Below, piece by piece: positions 9,747-18,495 of a DNA stretch of 64,000 nt. The first letter of the stretch is position 1; the number at the start of each line of letters is the position of its first letter. Under the pieces are notes generated by a model. The model was given only the letters and a program-made list of their open reading frames with translations. It was not told where the DNA came from and made no database searches. Source of the stretch: an uncultured Solirubrobacterales bacterium (GTDB lineage Bacteria > Actinomycetota > Thermoleophilia > Solirubrobacterales > 70-9); the NCBI GenBank assembly GCA_963824705.1, contig CAWGQE010000003.1, positions 562,286 to 626,285 on the forward strand, written 5' to 3'. A program made the position numbers and the translations under genes.

Positions 9747-10423
9747 ACGGCGCTGCGCGGGTCCTCGTCTGCGACGACGAGCCGCAGATCCTCCGCGCCC
9801 TCAAGGTCATCCTCCGCGACGCGGGCTATGAGGCGGTCCCGGTTGCCAGCGGCGAGGAGGCGCTCGACAGCGCTTCGGTGAAGCCGCCGGCGGCGGCGAT
9901 AGTCGACCTGATGCTGCCCGACATCGACGGTGTCGAGGTGACCAAGCAGTTGCGCGAGTGGAGCGAGATGCCGATCATCGTCCTCTCCGCGGTCGGGGAG
10001 GAGGAGGCGAAGGTGCGCGCCCTCGCCGCCGGTGCGGACGACTATGTGACCAAGCCGTTCGGGCCCCCTGAGCTGGTTGCGAGGCTCGAGGCCGTGCTGC
10101 GGCGGGCCAAGCCCGAGGCCTCGGAGCCGAAGATCGTCGCCGAGGGCCTGGAGATCGACCTCGCGGCGCGCAGTGTCCGCCGCGACGGCGAGGAGGTGCA
10201 CCTGACGCCGACGGAGTTCGAGCTGTTGCGCACCCTGGCCCAGAACAGGGGTCGGCTGATGACGCACAGCGTTCTGCTGGCCGAGGTGTGGGGGCCGGCG
10301 TATGCGGACGATCTGCAGATCCTCCGCGCTCATGTCGCCAACCTACGCCGCAAGATCGAGCCCCCCGAGGGCCCCCACTACATACGCACCGATCCCGGCG
10401 TCGGCTACCGCTTCGCGGCGTAG
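9743..10423 (+). CDS. kdpE: OmpR-family response regulator KdpE
   Basis: The GTG at 9743 overlaps the kinase stop. Receiver domain (VLVCDDE...DLMLPDIDG...SA...K) plus a winged-helix output domain (LTPTEFELL...GYRF). Confidence 0.85.
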   Translation: MNGAARVLVCDDEPQILRALKVILRDAGYEAVPVASGEEALDSASVKPPAAAIVDLMLPDIDGVEVTKQLREWSEMPIIVLSAVGEEEAKVRALAAGADDYVTKPFGPPELVARLEAVLRRAKPEASEPKIVAEGLEIDLAARSVRRDGEEVHLTPTEFELLRTLAQNRGRLMTHSVLLAEVWGPAYADDLQILRAHVANLRRKIEPPEGPHYIRTDPGVGYRFAA

Positions 10424-10426
10424 CAC

Positions 10427-10446
10427 ATTGTGTATTCAATTGTGTA
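10427..10446. promoter_or_regulatory. Direct repeat ATTGTGTA x2 (12-bp register) plus palindrome GTGTACAC just upstream of the phd-like gene; candidate TA operator/promoter
   Basis: ATTGTGTA occurs at 10427-10434 and 10439-10446, and GTGTACAC at 10441-10448. This is an AT-rich patch within GC-rich DNA. Confidence 0.35.
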
Positions 10447-10450
10447 CACT

Positions 10451-10744
10451 ATGGCAATGGCGAAGACTGTTCCCGTTCGTGAGCTGCGCAGCAACCTCAG
10501 CAGCCTGCTCGATGACGTCAGTGACAGGCGAGATCACGTGCTGGTGACCCGCAACGGCACCCCGGCTGCCGCCCTGGTACCGATCGACGAGTACGAGGCG
10601 CTGGAGGAGACCGCGGAGGTTCTGTCCGATTCCGATGCGCTGGTCGCCCTGGAGGCCGGTCTCGCCGAGATCGGACGCGATGAAACGATCACCCTCGCGG
10701 AGCTTCGTGGCGAGCTGGCGGAACGTCGAGCCGCAGCCGGCTGA
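10451..10744 (+). CDS. Phd/YefM-family antitoxin
   Basis: MAKTVPVRELRSNLSSLLDDV...VLVTRNGTPAAALVPIDEYEAL is the canonical Phd/YefM N-terminus. The start is ambiguous (GTG 10430, ATG 10451 or ATG 10457). Confidence 0.8.
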   Translation: MAMAKTVPVRELRSNLSSLLDDVSDRRDHVLVTRNGTPAAALVPIDEYEALEETAEVLSDSDALVALEAGLAEIGRDETITLAELRGELAERRAAAG

Positions 10745-10747
10745 TCC

Positions 10748-11011
10748 TTGGCGCGACTCGTCCTTGCCCGCCGAGCCCGTCGCGAGCTGCTTGAGCTCAA
10801 CTGGCCACTGATCGACGCGATCGAGGATGCCCTGGGTCTGCTTGAGCCCGACCCGAAAGCCGGCCATGCGCTCCGCGGCAAACTGCGCGGGCTGTACTTG
10901 TTGCGAGTTGGCGCCTACAGGATCCTCTACCAAGTGACCGACGCCGAGCAGACGGTTCGGGTGGCCGCCATCCGCCACCGTGGTGTCGCCTATCGCGCCG
11001 ACCCGCGCTGA
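10748..11011 (+). CDS. ParE/RelE-family toxin
   Basis: 87 aa, TTG start 3 nt after the antitoxin stop. L.G.L.G.Y..RVG.YRI.Y......V.V..I.HR is the ParE/RelE signature. Confidence 0.8.
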   Translation: MARLVLARRARRELLELNWPLIDAIEDALGLLEPDPKAGHALRGKLRGLYLLRVGAYRILYQVTDAEQTVRVAAIRHRGVAYRADPR

Positions 11012-11105
11012 GCCCTGTCGTCGAGCTGCGCGTCTTCACAAAATCTGTATGCGCAGGGGCGCTGAGTTCATGCGCTCTTGATGGGGTCGCACGCATGATC
11101 GGTCC

Positions 11106-11234
11106 GTGCTCTCGGTCCTCGCGGACATCTTCCCCGGCGGCGGCGGTCCCCTCGCCGATGTCTTCTCGATAGCGATCGCCGTCGGCCTCTTCGCCCTCCT
11201 CTACTGGGCGATCGACCTGATCGACCGGGTATGA
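11106..11234 (+). CDS. Unannotated 42-codon single-TM ORF translationally coupled to kdpF
   Basis: GTG start; VLSVLADIFPGGGGPLADVFSIAIAVGLFALLYWAIDLIDRV*. Third codon positions are GC-rich like real genes. Its stop TGA (11232-11234) overlaps the kdpF ATG (11231). It is too short for the ORF track. Confidence 0.4.
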   Translation: MLSVLADIFPGGGGPLADVFSIAIAVGLFALLYWAIDLIDRV

Positions 11235-11344
11235 GCGCGCTGCCTCTAGCCACGCTCTCCGGCGCCGACCTCTTCGGCCTGGTCGTCTCGGCCCTTGTCT
11301 GCGTCTACCTCGTCTACGCGCTGCTGCGGGGGGAGAACCTCTAA
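11231..11344 (+). CDS. kdpF: K+-transporting ATPase subunit F
   Basis: 37 codons, MSALPLATLSGADLFGLVVSALVCVYLVYALLRGENL*. The hydrophobic helix ending in Y.YALLR is KdpF-like. The stop is immediately followed by the kdpA GTG at 11345. Confidence 0.7.
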   Translation: MSALPLATLSGADLFGLVVSALVCVYLVYALLRGENL

Positions 11345-13102
11345 GTGGCGCAGGGCTGGGTGCAGATTGCCGTCTTCGTCGCCGTGCTGGTCGCGCTCGT
11401 CAAGCCGGTCGGCATCTACATGGCACGCGTATTCACCGACCAGCGCGTCTTCCTCAGTCCCGTCGTCGGGCCAATCGAGCGCCTCGCCTACAGGGCGTTG
11501 CGTGTGCGGCCCGATGAGGGCCAGGACTGGAAGGGCTACGCCCGCAGCCTGATCGTCTTCTCGTTGCTCTTCTGGATCGCGCTCTACCTGATCCTGCGCA
11601 CCCAGGGCATCCACCCGTTCAACCCCGAAGGGTTCAAGTCCGCCCCCTGGGACGTCAACTTCAACACGACCTCCTCCTTCGTCACCAACACCAACTGGCA
11701 GTACTACGGCGGCGAAACGACGCTCTCCTACTTCTCCCAGATGGCCGGGCTGGCGGTGCAGAACTTCGTCTCCGCCGCGGTCGGGATCGCCGTCGTCGTC
11801 GCCCTGATCCGGGGGCTCGTCGCCCGCAGCGGGCGGGCGATCGGCAACTTCTGGCAGGACCTGGTCCGGATCCTGCTCTACATCCTCCTGCCGATCTCGA
11901 TCCTCGGCGCCCTCTTCCTCGTCTCCCAGGGCGTGATTCAGAACCTCAGCCACGCCACCGTGATCCACACCGTCACCGGCGGTACGCAGACGCTGGCCCA
12001 GGGCCCGGTCGCCTCGCAGGAGGCGATCAAGGAGCTCGGCACCAACGGCGGCGGCTTCTTCAACGTCAACTCCGCCTTCCCGTTCGAGAACTCGACCGGG
12101 TTGACCGACTTCTTCGAGATGCTGCTGATCCTCGTCATCCCGGCCAGCCTCACCTACACCTACGGGCGCATGGTCGGCAGCCAGCGCCAGGGCTGGGCGA
12201 TCTTCTCGGCGATGGCGGTCCTCTTCGTCGCCGGCGTCGCCGTCGTCTACATGGCCGAGCAGCACGGCACCGTCGCCCAGCACGCCGCCGGCCTCCACAC
12301 CCACGCCTTCGACGGCTCCACCGGCGGCAACATGGAGGGCAAGGAGCAGCGCTTCGGGGTCGCCGATACCTCCCTCTGGACGGCGATCACGACGGTGACC
12401 TCGTGCGGGGCGGTGAACGGCGCCTTCGAGTCATTGACCGGGCTCGGACAGGCGGTGCCCTTCGCCAACCTCGGCTTCAGCGAGGTGATCTTCGGCGGCG
12501 TCGGCGCGGGCCTGTACTCGATGCTGCTCTACGTCATCCTCGCCGTCTTCATCGGCGGCCTGATGGTCGGCCGCACTCCCGAGTACCTGGGCAAGAAGAT
12601 CGGCGCCAGGGAGATCAAGCTGGTTGCCCTCGGGGTGCTGGTCACGCCGCTGTTCACCCTGCTCGCTTCCGGGCTGGCCTCGGCGACCAGGCTGGGGACG
12701 CGATCGATCTACGCCGGCATCAACCCCCAGGGCTTCTCCGAGACCCTCTACGCCTACCTCTCCCAGGCCAACAACAACGGCTCCGCCCTCGCCGGCTATA
12801 CCGGCTTCATCCAGCCGAACGCGCCCGGCAACACCGGCGCCTATGGGATCAGCTTCGCCGACCTGCTCGGCGGCGCGGTGATGGTCGGCGCCCGCTTCCT
12901 GCCGATCCTCTTCGTCCTCGCCGTCGCGGGCTCCCTTGCCGGCAAGAAGGTCTCCCCGGCGGGCCTCGGCACGATGCGCACCGACAACCCGACCTTCGTC
13001 TTCCTCTTGATCGGCGTCGTGATCCTGGTCGGCGCCCTGACCTTCTTCCCGGCACTGCTGCTCGGACCGGTCGTCCAGAGCCTGACCACGAGGTTGTTCT
13101 GA
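11345..13102 (+). CDS. kdpA: K+-transporting ATPase subunit A
   Basis: 585 aa, polytopic, with the KdpA motifs NTNWQ.Y.GE and LGTNGGGFF. Confidence 0.95.
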   Translation: MAQGWVQIAVFVAVLVALVKPVGIYMARVFTDQRVFLSPVVGPIERLAYRALRVRPDEGQDWKGYARSLIVFSLLFWIALYLILRTQGIHPFNPEGFKSAPWDVNFNTTSSFVTNTNWQYYGGETTLSYFSQMAGLAVQNFVSAAVGIAVVVALIRGLVARSGRAIGNFWQDLVRILLYILLPISILGALFLVSQGVIQNLSHATVIHTVTGGTQTLAQGPVASQEAIKELGTNGGGFFNVNSAFPFENSTGLTDFFEMLLILVIPASLTYTYGRMVGSQRQGWAIFSAMAVLFVAGVAVVYMAEQHGTVAQHAAGLHTHAFDGSTGGNMEGKEQRFGVADTSLWTAITTVTSCGAVNGAFESLTGLGQAVPFANLGFSEVIFGGVGAGLYSMLLYVILAVFIGGLMVGRTPEYLGKKIGAREIKLVALGVLVTPLFTLLASGLASATRLGTRSIYAGINPQGFSETLYAYLSQANNNGSALAGYTGFIQPNAPGNTGAYGISFADLLGGAVMVGARFLPILFVLAVAGSLAGKKVSPAGLGTMRTDNPTFVFLLIGVVILVGALTFFPALLLGPVVQSLTTRLF

Positions 13103-13755
13103 TGCGGCGCGACCTGATCACCTCGCTGCTCGCGATCGTCGTCATGACGGTCTTTCTTGGCCTCGTCTACCCGCTGGCGATCACCGGCATCTCCCAGGTC
13201 GTCTTCCCCGGCAAGGCCAACGGCTCCAAGCTGAGCGTCGACGGAAAGATCGTCGGCTCGAGCCTGATCGCGCAGTCCTTTTCGCACCCGGTGCTCGGCA
13301 AGGACGGCAAGCCCGAGCTCGACGAAGAAGGCGAAGAAATCCTCGCTCCGGACAAGGCCTACTTCCAGCCGCGCCCCTCGGCGACCGGCTACTCGGGCAA
13401 CGTCACCTACTTCGGCAACGTCGGCCCGAACTCGGTCGAAGGCCGCGAAGAGGTGCGCGAAAGCCTCGCCTCCTACGTGGCCCTGGAGAAGCCGTTCGAC
13501 CAGGGCCTGAGCAAGGGCCAGATTCCAGTCGACGCGGTGACCCAGTCGGCCTCCGGGGTGGACCCGCACATCTCTGAAGCCAACGCGTCGATACAGGCGC
13601 ACCGCATCGCCGCCGTCCGCAAGCTGCCGCTCGCCCGGGTCGAAGAACTGATCTCCGCCAACACCGACGGACGCTCCCTCGGCCTGCTCGGCGAGCCCGG
13701 CGTCAACGTCCTCGAGCTCAACATCGCCCTCGACAAGGAAGCACCGATCGAATGA
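13102..13755 (+). CDS. kdpC: K+-transporting ATPase subunit C
   Basis: The ATG shares its A with the kdpA stop. N-terminal TM + VYPL...Q..FP..ANGS...F..RPSA...SASG.DP.IS...A..Q...ELN.ALD matches E. coli KdpC along its whole length. Confidence 0.9.
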   Translation: MRRDLITSLLAIVVMTVFLGLVYPLAITGISQVVFPGKANGSKLSVDGKIVGSSLIAQSFSHPVLGKDGKPELDEEGEEILAPDKAYFQPRPSATGYSGNVTYFGNVGPNSVEGREEVRESLASYVALEKPFDQGLSKGQIPVDAVTQSASGVDPHISEANASIQAHRIAAVRKLPLARVEELISANTDGRSLGLLGEPGVNVLELNIALDKEAPIE

Positions 13756-15815
13756 CCTCCGAGACGCAGCCCCGATCCCTCTTCGACCCCGAGATCCTCC
13801 GCCCGGCGCTGCTCGAGTCGCTGCGCAAGCTCGACCCGAGGGTGCAAGCCCGCAACCCGGTCATGTTCGTGGTCGAGATCGGCGCCCTGATAACCACCGT
13901 CGCCTGGCTGATCCAGGTCTTCGGCGACAGCCCGCTCGGCGGTGGCCACGAGCCCTCGTGGTTCACCTTCAGCGTCACCGTCTGGCTCTGGCTGACCGTC
14001 GTCTTCGCCAACCTCGCCGAGGCGCTGGCCGAGGGCCGCGGCCGTGCCCAGGCCGCGAGCCTGCGGGCGATGCGCACCGAGGCGAACGCGAAGATGCGCG
14101 ACGGCAGCGAGAAGTCCGCCGCCGAGCTCGTCCGCGGCGACGTCGTGATCGTCGAGGCGGGCGAGGGCATCCCCGGCGATGGCACCGTGATCGAGGGAAT
14201 CGCCTCGGTCGACGAGTCGGCGATCACCGGCGAGTCGGCGCCGGTTATCCGCGAGGCCGGCGGCGACCGCAGCGCCGTCACCGGTGGCACCAAGGTGCTC
14301 TCGGACCGGATCGTCGTCGAAATCACCCAGGAGCCCGGCAAGTCCTTCCTCGACCGCATGATCGCCCTCGTCGAGGGCGCCGAGCGGCGCAAGACGCCGA
14401 ACGAGATCGCGCTGGGAATCCTGCTCTCGGCGCTGACCCTGATCTTCGTGATCGTCGTCGTCTCGCTGCGCCCCTTTGCCCTCTTTGCCGGCACCGAACT
14501 CTCCGAGACGACCCTGATCGCCCTCCTCGTGGCGCTGATCCCGACCACGATCGGGGCGCTTCTCTCGGCGATCGGGATCGCCGGCATGGACCGCCTGGTG
14601 CGCCGCAACGTGCTCGCCCTCTCCGGTCGCGCCGTGGAGGCCTCCGGCGACTGCGACGTGCTGCTGCTCGACAAGACCGGCACGATCACGCTCGGCAACC
14701 GTGAGGCGGTCGAGTTCATGCCGATGCCCGGTGTCGAGGTTGAGGAGCTGGCCGAGGCGGCGCAGATGTCCTCGCTCTCCGACGAGACTCCCGAGGGACG
14801 CTCGATCGTCGTCCTCGCCAAGACCTTCGGCATCCGCGAGCACACCTTCTCGGGCCACGAGCCCGAGTTCGTCCCCTTCTCAGCCCAGACCCGGATGAGC
14901 GGCGTCGACTACAACGGCACTCGCCTGCGCAAGGGCGCCGGCGACGCGATCGAAGACTGGGTCGCCTCCGAGGGTGGGCGCGCCCCGGCCGAGCTTCGCG
15001 CCGAGCTCGACCGGATCGGCCGCGAGGGGGGGACCCCGCTGGCCGTCGCCCGCAACGAGCGCGTGCTCGGGGTGATCTACCTCAAGGACGTGGTCAAGGA
15101 AGGGATGAGCGCTCGCTTCGACCAGCTGCGGGCGATGGGGATCCGCACGATCATGGTCACCGGCGACAACAAGCTGACCGCGGCGAAGATCGCCGCGGAG
15201 GCGGGCGTCGACGACTTCCTCGCCGAAGCGACCCCGGAGCGCAAGCTGGAGCTGATCAAGGAGCAGCAGTCCGACGGCCGCCTGATCGCTATGACCGGCG
15301 ACGGCACCAACGACGCCCCGGCGCTGGCGCAGGCCGACGTCGGCGTGGCGATGAACACCGGCACCCAGGCGGCGCGTGAGGCCGGCAACATGGTCGACCT
15401 CGACTCCAACCCGACGAAGCTGATCGAGATCGTCGAGGTTGGCAAGCAGCTGTTGATCACGCGCGGCGCCCTGACCACCTTCTCGATCGCCAACGACGTC
15501 GCCAAGTACTTCGCGATCCTGCCGGCGATGTTCGCCACGACCTACGCCATCGGCAGCCACAGCGGGCCGCTCGACGCCCTCAACGTGATGTCCCTGGGGA
15601 CGCCGGAATCGGCGATCCTCTCAGCGGTGATCTTCAACGCCCTGATCATCCCGCTGCTGATCCCGCTTTCCCTGCGGGGAGTTCGCTACCGGCCGATCGG
15701 CGCCACGGGGCTGCTGCGGCGCAACATCCTCATCTACGGCCTCGGCGGCCTGATCGTCCCCTTCGTCGGCATCAAGCTGATCGACCTCGTGGTTCACAAC
15801 CTGCTGGGGGCCTGA
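13752..15815 (+). CDS. kdpB: K+-transporting P-type ATPase subunit B
   Basis: LFDP.I...A...S..KL.P....[11 protein letters not shown] matches the KdpB N-terminus; DKTGTIT, TGDN and [13 protein letters not shown] are present. ATGA overlap with kdpC. Confidence 0.95.
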   Translation: MTSETQPRSLFDPEILRPALLESLRKLDPRVQARNPVMFVVEIGALITTVAWLIQVFGDSPLGGGHEPSWFTFSVTVWLWLTVVFANLAEALAEGRGRAQAASLRAMRTEANAKMRDGSEKSAAELVRGDVVIVEAGEGIPGDGTVIEGIASVDESAITGESAPVIREAGGDRSAVTGGTKVLSDRIVVEITQEPGKSFLDRMIALVEGAERRKTPNEIALGILLSALTLIFVIVVVSLRPFALFAGTELSETTLIALLVALIPTTIGALLSAIGIAGMDRLVRRNVLALSGRAVEASGDCDVLLLDKTGTITLGNREAVEFMPMPGVEVEELAEAAQMSSLSDETPEGRSIVVLAKTFGIREHTFSGHEPEFVPFSAQTRMSGVDYNGTRLRKGAGDAIEDWVASEGGRAPAELRAELDRIGREGGTPLAVARNERVLGVIYLKDVVKEGMSARFDQLRAMGIRTIMVTGDNKLTAAKIAAEAGVDDFLAEATPERKLELIKEQQSDGRLIAMTGDGTNDAPALAQADVGVAMNTGTQAAREAGNMVDLDSNPTKLIEIVEVGKQLLITRGALTTFSIANDVAKYFAILPAMFATTYAIGSHSGPLDALNVMSLGTPESAILSAVIFNALIIPLLIPLSLRGVRYRPIGATGLLRRNILIYGLGGLIVPFVGIKLIDLVVHNLLGA

Positions 15816-15833
15816 GGCCCCGCGGGGCGCGGG

Positions 15834-16958
15834 ATGGAGCGCGGCCACTACAAGATCTTCCTCGGCATGGCCGCCGGCGTCGGCAAGACCTATCGGATGC
15901 TGCAGGAGGGTCACGCCGAAGCCACCGCGGGACGCGACGTCGCGATCGGCTACCTGGAGCCGCACAAGCGCCAGGAGACGAGCGATCAGGCTCGTGGGCT
16001 GGAGATGGTGCCGCGCCGTTCCGTCCCCTATCGCGACGTCGCCGTCGAGGAGATGGACCTGCCGGCGGTGCTCGCGCGCCGCCCCGACCTGGCGCTGATC
16101 GACGAGCTCGCCCACACCAACCCTCCCGGGCTCGAGCACAACAAGCGCTACGAAGACATTGCCGACGTGCTGGCGGCCGGCATCGACGTCTTCTCCACCG
16201 TCAACGTCCAGCACCTGGAGTCGCTCAACGACCGAGTCGCCGAGCTGACCGGCGTCACGGTGCGCGAGACCGTGCCCGACTCGGCGCTTGGAATCGCTGA
16301 CGAGGTCGTCCTCATCGATCTCACCCCGGAGGCGCTGATCGCGCGTCTGCGCGCCGGCAAGATCTACCCCGGCGAGAACATTCAAGCGGCGCTCGACAAC
16401 TTCTTCCGGATCGAGAACCTTGCGGCGCTGCGCGAGGTGAGCCTGCGTCAGGTCGCCGAGGACGTCGAGTCCAAGCGGCTGACCCTGCACCGGTTGGAGC
16501 CCGTCGGGACGCGGGAAGAGCGCGTCGTCACCGACGCGCCCAAGGCGGTCGGCGAGCGGTTGCTCGCGCTGGTGCGACCGCGACCGAGCTCGCAGCGCCT
16601 CGTTCGCCGCGCCTGGCGCTCGGCGCAGCGACTCGGCACCGACCTCGATCTGCTCTGGGTCAAGCCGCCGGGGCGGCCGATCGAGGGGGAGGAGGAGCGC
16701 CAGGTGACTGCGCTGCGCCAGCTCGCCTCGGTGCTCGGCGCGACCTTTCTGATCGAGGAGCATGACGATCTGGTGGCTGGCGCCGCCCGGGTCATCGCCG
16801 AGCGCGGATCCACCTACGTGATGGTCGGCGAGTCCAGTCCACCAAGCGGCCTGGCGCGGCTGCGGACCCCTCTGCCGCAGGCGCTGATGCGCGCGACTCC
16901 GCCCGGGGTCGACGTGAGGATCGTCGCCCACCGCAGCCAGAAGGAGGGCGAGTCGTGA
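15834..16958 (+). CDS. kdpD: KdpD N-terminal sensor domain + Usp-like domain, with no kinase part
   Basis: HYKIFLGMAAGVGKTYRML (the Walker-A-like motif of the KdpD N-domain), ...DELAHTN...KR.EDI..LL..GIDV.STVN.QHLESLND, followed by a Usp-like half. It ends without TM or kinase domains. Confidence 0.85.
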   Translation: MERGHYKIFLGMAAGVGKTYRMLQEGHAEATAGRDVAIGYLEPHKRQETSDQARGLEMVPRRSVPYRDVAVEEMDLPAVLARRPDLALIDELAHTNPPGLEHNKRYEDIADVLAAGIDVFSTVNVQHLESLNDRVAELTGVTVRETVPDSALGIADEVVLIDLTPEALIARLRAGKIYPGENIQAALDNFFRIENLAALREVSLRQVAEDVESKRLTLHRLEPVGTREERVVTDAPKAVGERLLALVRPRPSSQRLVRRAWRSAQRLGTDLDLLWVKPPGRPIEGEEERQVTALRQLASVLGATFLIEEHDDLVAGAARVIAERGSTYVMVGESSPPSGLARLRTPLPQALMRATPPGVDVRIVAHRSQKEGES

Positions 16959-17497
16959 TCGAGCACTTCCTCGTCGGCTTCGCGCTGCTCCTCGGCCTCG
17001 GTGGGGGATACCTGATCGCCAGCTCGCAATGGCGAGGCAAGCGCTCGGAGCGACCGGAGGAGGTTCACCAGATCCTCCTGCCTTTCACCGGGACCGAGAT
17101 CTCACGCCGTGCGGTGGACGCGGCCCTGCGACTGGCTCGGGCGGAGAGTGCAACCTTGATGCCGGCCTACCTGGCGGCCGTTCCCAAGCAACTGCCGCTG
17201 GACTGCGCGATTCCCGCCGAGGCGGCGAGGGCGATGCCGATGCTGGAGGCGATCGAGCAGCGGGCCACTTCGCAGGGTGTGCCGGTCGACGCTCGGATCG
17301 AGCGTGGCCGCTCTTACCGCCACGCGCTGCAGCGCCTGCTCGAGCGCGAGGAGTTCGACCGGGTCGTCGTCTCGGCAACCGCGACCGGCCAAGCCGGTCT
17401 CTCGGGGGACGACCTCGTCTGGCTCTTGGAGAAAGCTCCGGCCGAGGTGCTGATCCTGCGCCCGGCGGCGAGCGACAAGCGACGCCTGACGGTCTAG
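16955..17497 (+). CDS. Membrane-anchored universal-stress-protein-like protein
   Basis: GTGA overlap with the upstream gene. One N-terminal TM helix, then a Usp-like alpha/beta pattern (ILLPFTG...AVDAALRLA...RVVVSAT...VLILRP). Confidence 0.65.
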   Translation: MIEHFLVGFALLLGLGGGYLIASSQWRGKRSERPEEVHQILLPFTGTEISRRAVDAALRLARAESATLMPAYLAAVPKQLPLDCAIPAEAARAMPMLEAIEQRATSQGVPVDARIERGRSYRHALQRLLEREEFDRVVVSATATGQAGLSGDDLVWLLEKAPAEVLILRPAASDKRRLTV

Positions 17498-17532
17498 TCG
17501 GGGATGCGGTCGTCGCTCACTGTGGCCCCGTC

Positions 17533-18291
17533 ATGATGCGGCCAATGAGCGATGCTGATGAGCAAGCGTTGATCCGGCGCTACCGCACCGCGCGACGCGA
17601 TACGCAGCTCGCTGTGCTCGAGGGATTTCACGCGCTCAAGCACGCGTTGCGCTTCGGTGCCGAGGTGCTCGAGGCGGTTGCTGCCGATCCGGCGCGGCTA
17701 CGCGAGCTCGCCGCCGAGCTGGCTCCGGACCTCGGCGACGCGCTCGCCGAGCGCACCTCCCCTGTCTCCGCCGAGTTGATCGCCGGGCTGGTGCCGCAGG
17801 CACCGCGCACCGGCGTCGTCGCGATTGCCCGCCGGCCGGAGATCGACCTGGCCGCGGTGCTCGCAGGACAAGCGCCGGCGCCGCTCGTCCTGCTCGAGGA
17901 CCCGCGCACGATGGGCAACATGGGGGCCTGCGTGCGGGTCGCCGCCGGCGCCGACGCCGCCGGGGTGCTGACCGTCGGTCCAAACGATCCCTGGCATCCC
18001 GACGCGTTGCGTGGAGCCGCCGGGCTCCACTTCGCCCTGCCGGTGGTCGGGGTCGAGGAGTTGCCGGCCGGCGACCGGCCGCTGATCGCGATCGACCCCG
18101 GCGGGGAGGACCTCCGCCCGGCCGAGCTGCCGCTGCGCGCGATCCTCGCCTTCGGCACCGAGCGCTACGGTCTCAGCGCCGATCTGCTCGACCGCGCCGA
18201 TGCCCGTCTCGGCATCCCGATGCGCCCCGGCGTGTCCAGCCTCAACCTGGCCACTGCGGTTGCCGCGGTCTTATTTGCTCAGCGGCTTTAG
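17533..18291 (+). CDS. SpoU/TrmH-family RNA 2'-O-methyltransferase
   Basis: LEGFHALKHAL, LLEDPRTMGNMGA..R, FGTERYGLS and IPM..GVSSLNLATAVAAVLF are SpoU motifs 1-3. The ATG at 17533 is preferred over the ORF-track start at 17029. Confidence 0.8.
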   Translation: MMRPMSDADEQALIRRYRTARRDTQLAVLEGFHALKHALRFGAEVLEAVAADPARLRELAAELAPDLGDALAERTSPVSAELIAGLVPQAPRTGVVAIARRPEIDLAAVLAGQAPAPLVLLEDPRTMGNMGACVRVAAGADAAGVLTVGPNDPWHPDALRGAAGLHFALPVVGVEELPAGDRPLIAIDPGGEDLRPAELPLRAILAFGTERYGLSADLLDRADARLGIPMRPGVSSLNLATAVAAVLFAQRL

Positions 18292-18457
18292 AACCCTGTG
18301 CCAAAACTCCCGCGCACGTCTGGCGGCGCCGGACACACTGCGCGGTGCGGCGTCCTCAGTCGGCCAAATAGCGCTGCTATTCGGCCTCCCTGCGTCCTTG
18401 CCCCGCTTGGTCCGGCACTCACCAGCCGCACACGCGAGTTTTGGCACAGGGTTCTAA
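18288..18457. repeat. 170-bp palindromic MITE-like element
   Basis: Perfect 22-bp termini: TTAGAACCCTGTGCCAAAACTC (18288-18309) and GAGTTTTGGCACAGGGTTCTAA (18436-18457). The internal arms are imperfect, with an apical hairpin GGCCAAATAGC-GCT-GCTATTCGGCC. TA lies at both outer ends. Confidence 0.6.
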
Positions 18458-18495
18458 GATCGCGTAGCTCTTTCCATCCATCGAAAGGAACACCC

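Noticed and set aside
11068-11098. Inverted repeat TCATGCG-N17-CGCATGA upstream of kdpF, considered as a KdpE box
   Set aside because: OmpR-family regulators usually bind direct repeats, and the match is short. The evidence is insufficient.
11246-12304. 352-aa minus-strand ORF; similarly 12841..13602, 13473..14858, 13718..14845, 14880..15560 and 15621..16931
   Set aside because: They are antisense to kdpA, kdpC, kdpB and kdpD-N, all of which carry diagnostic motifs. Composition is shadow-like.
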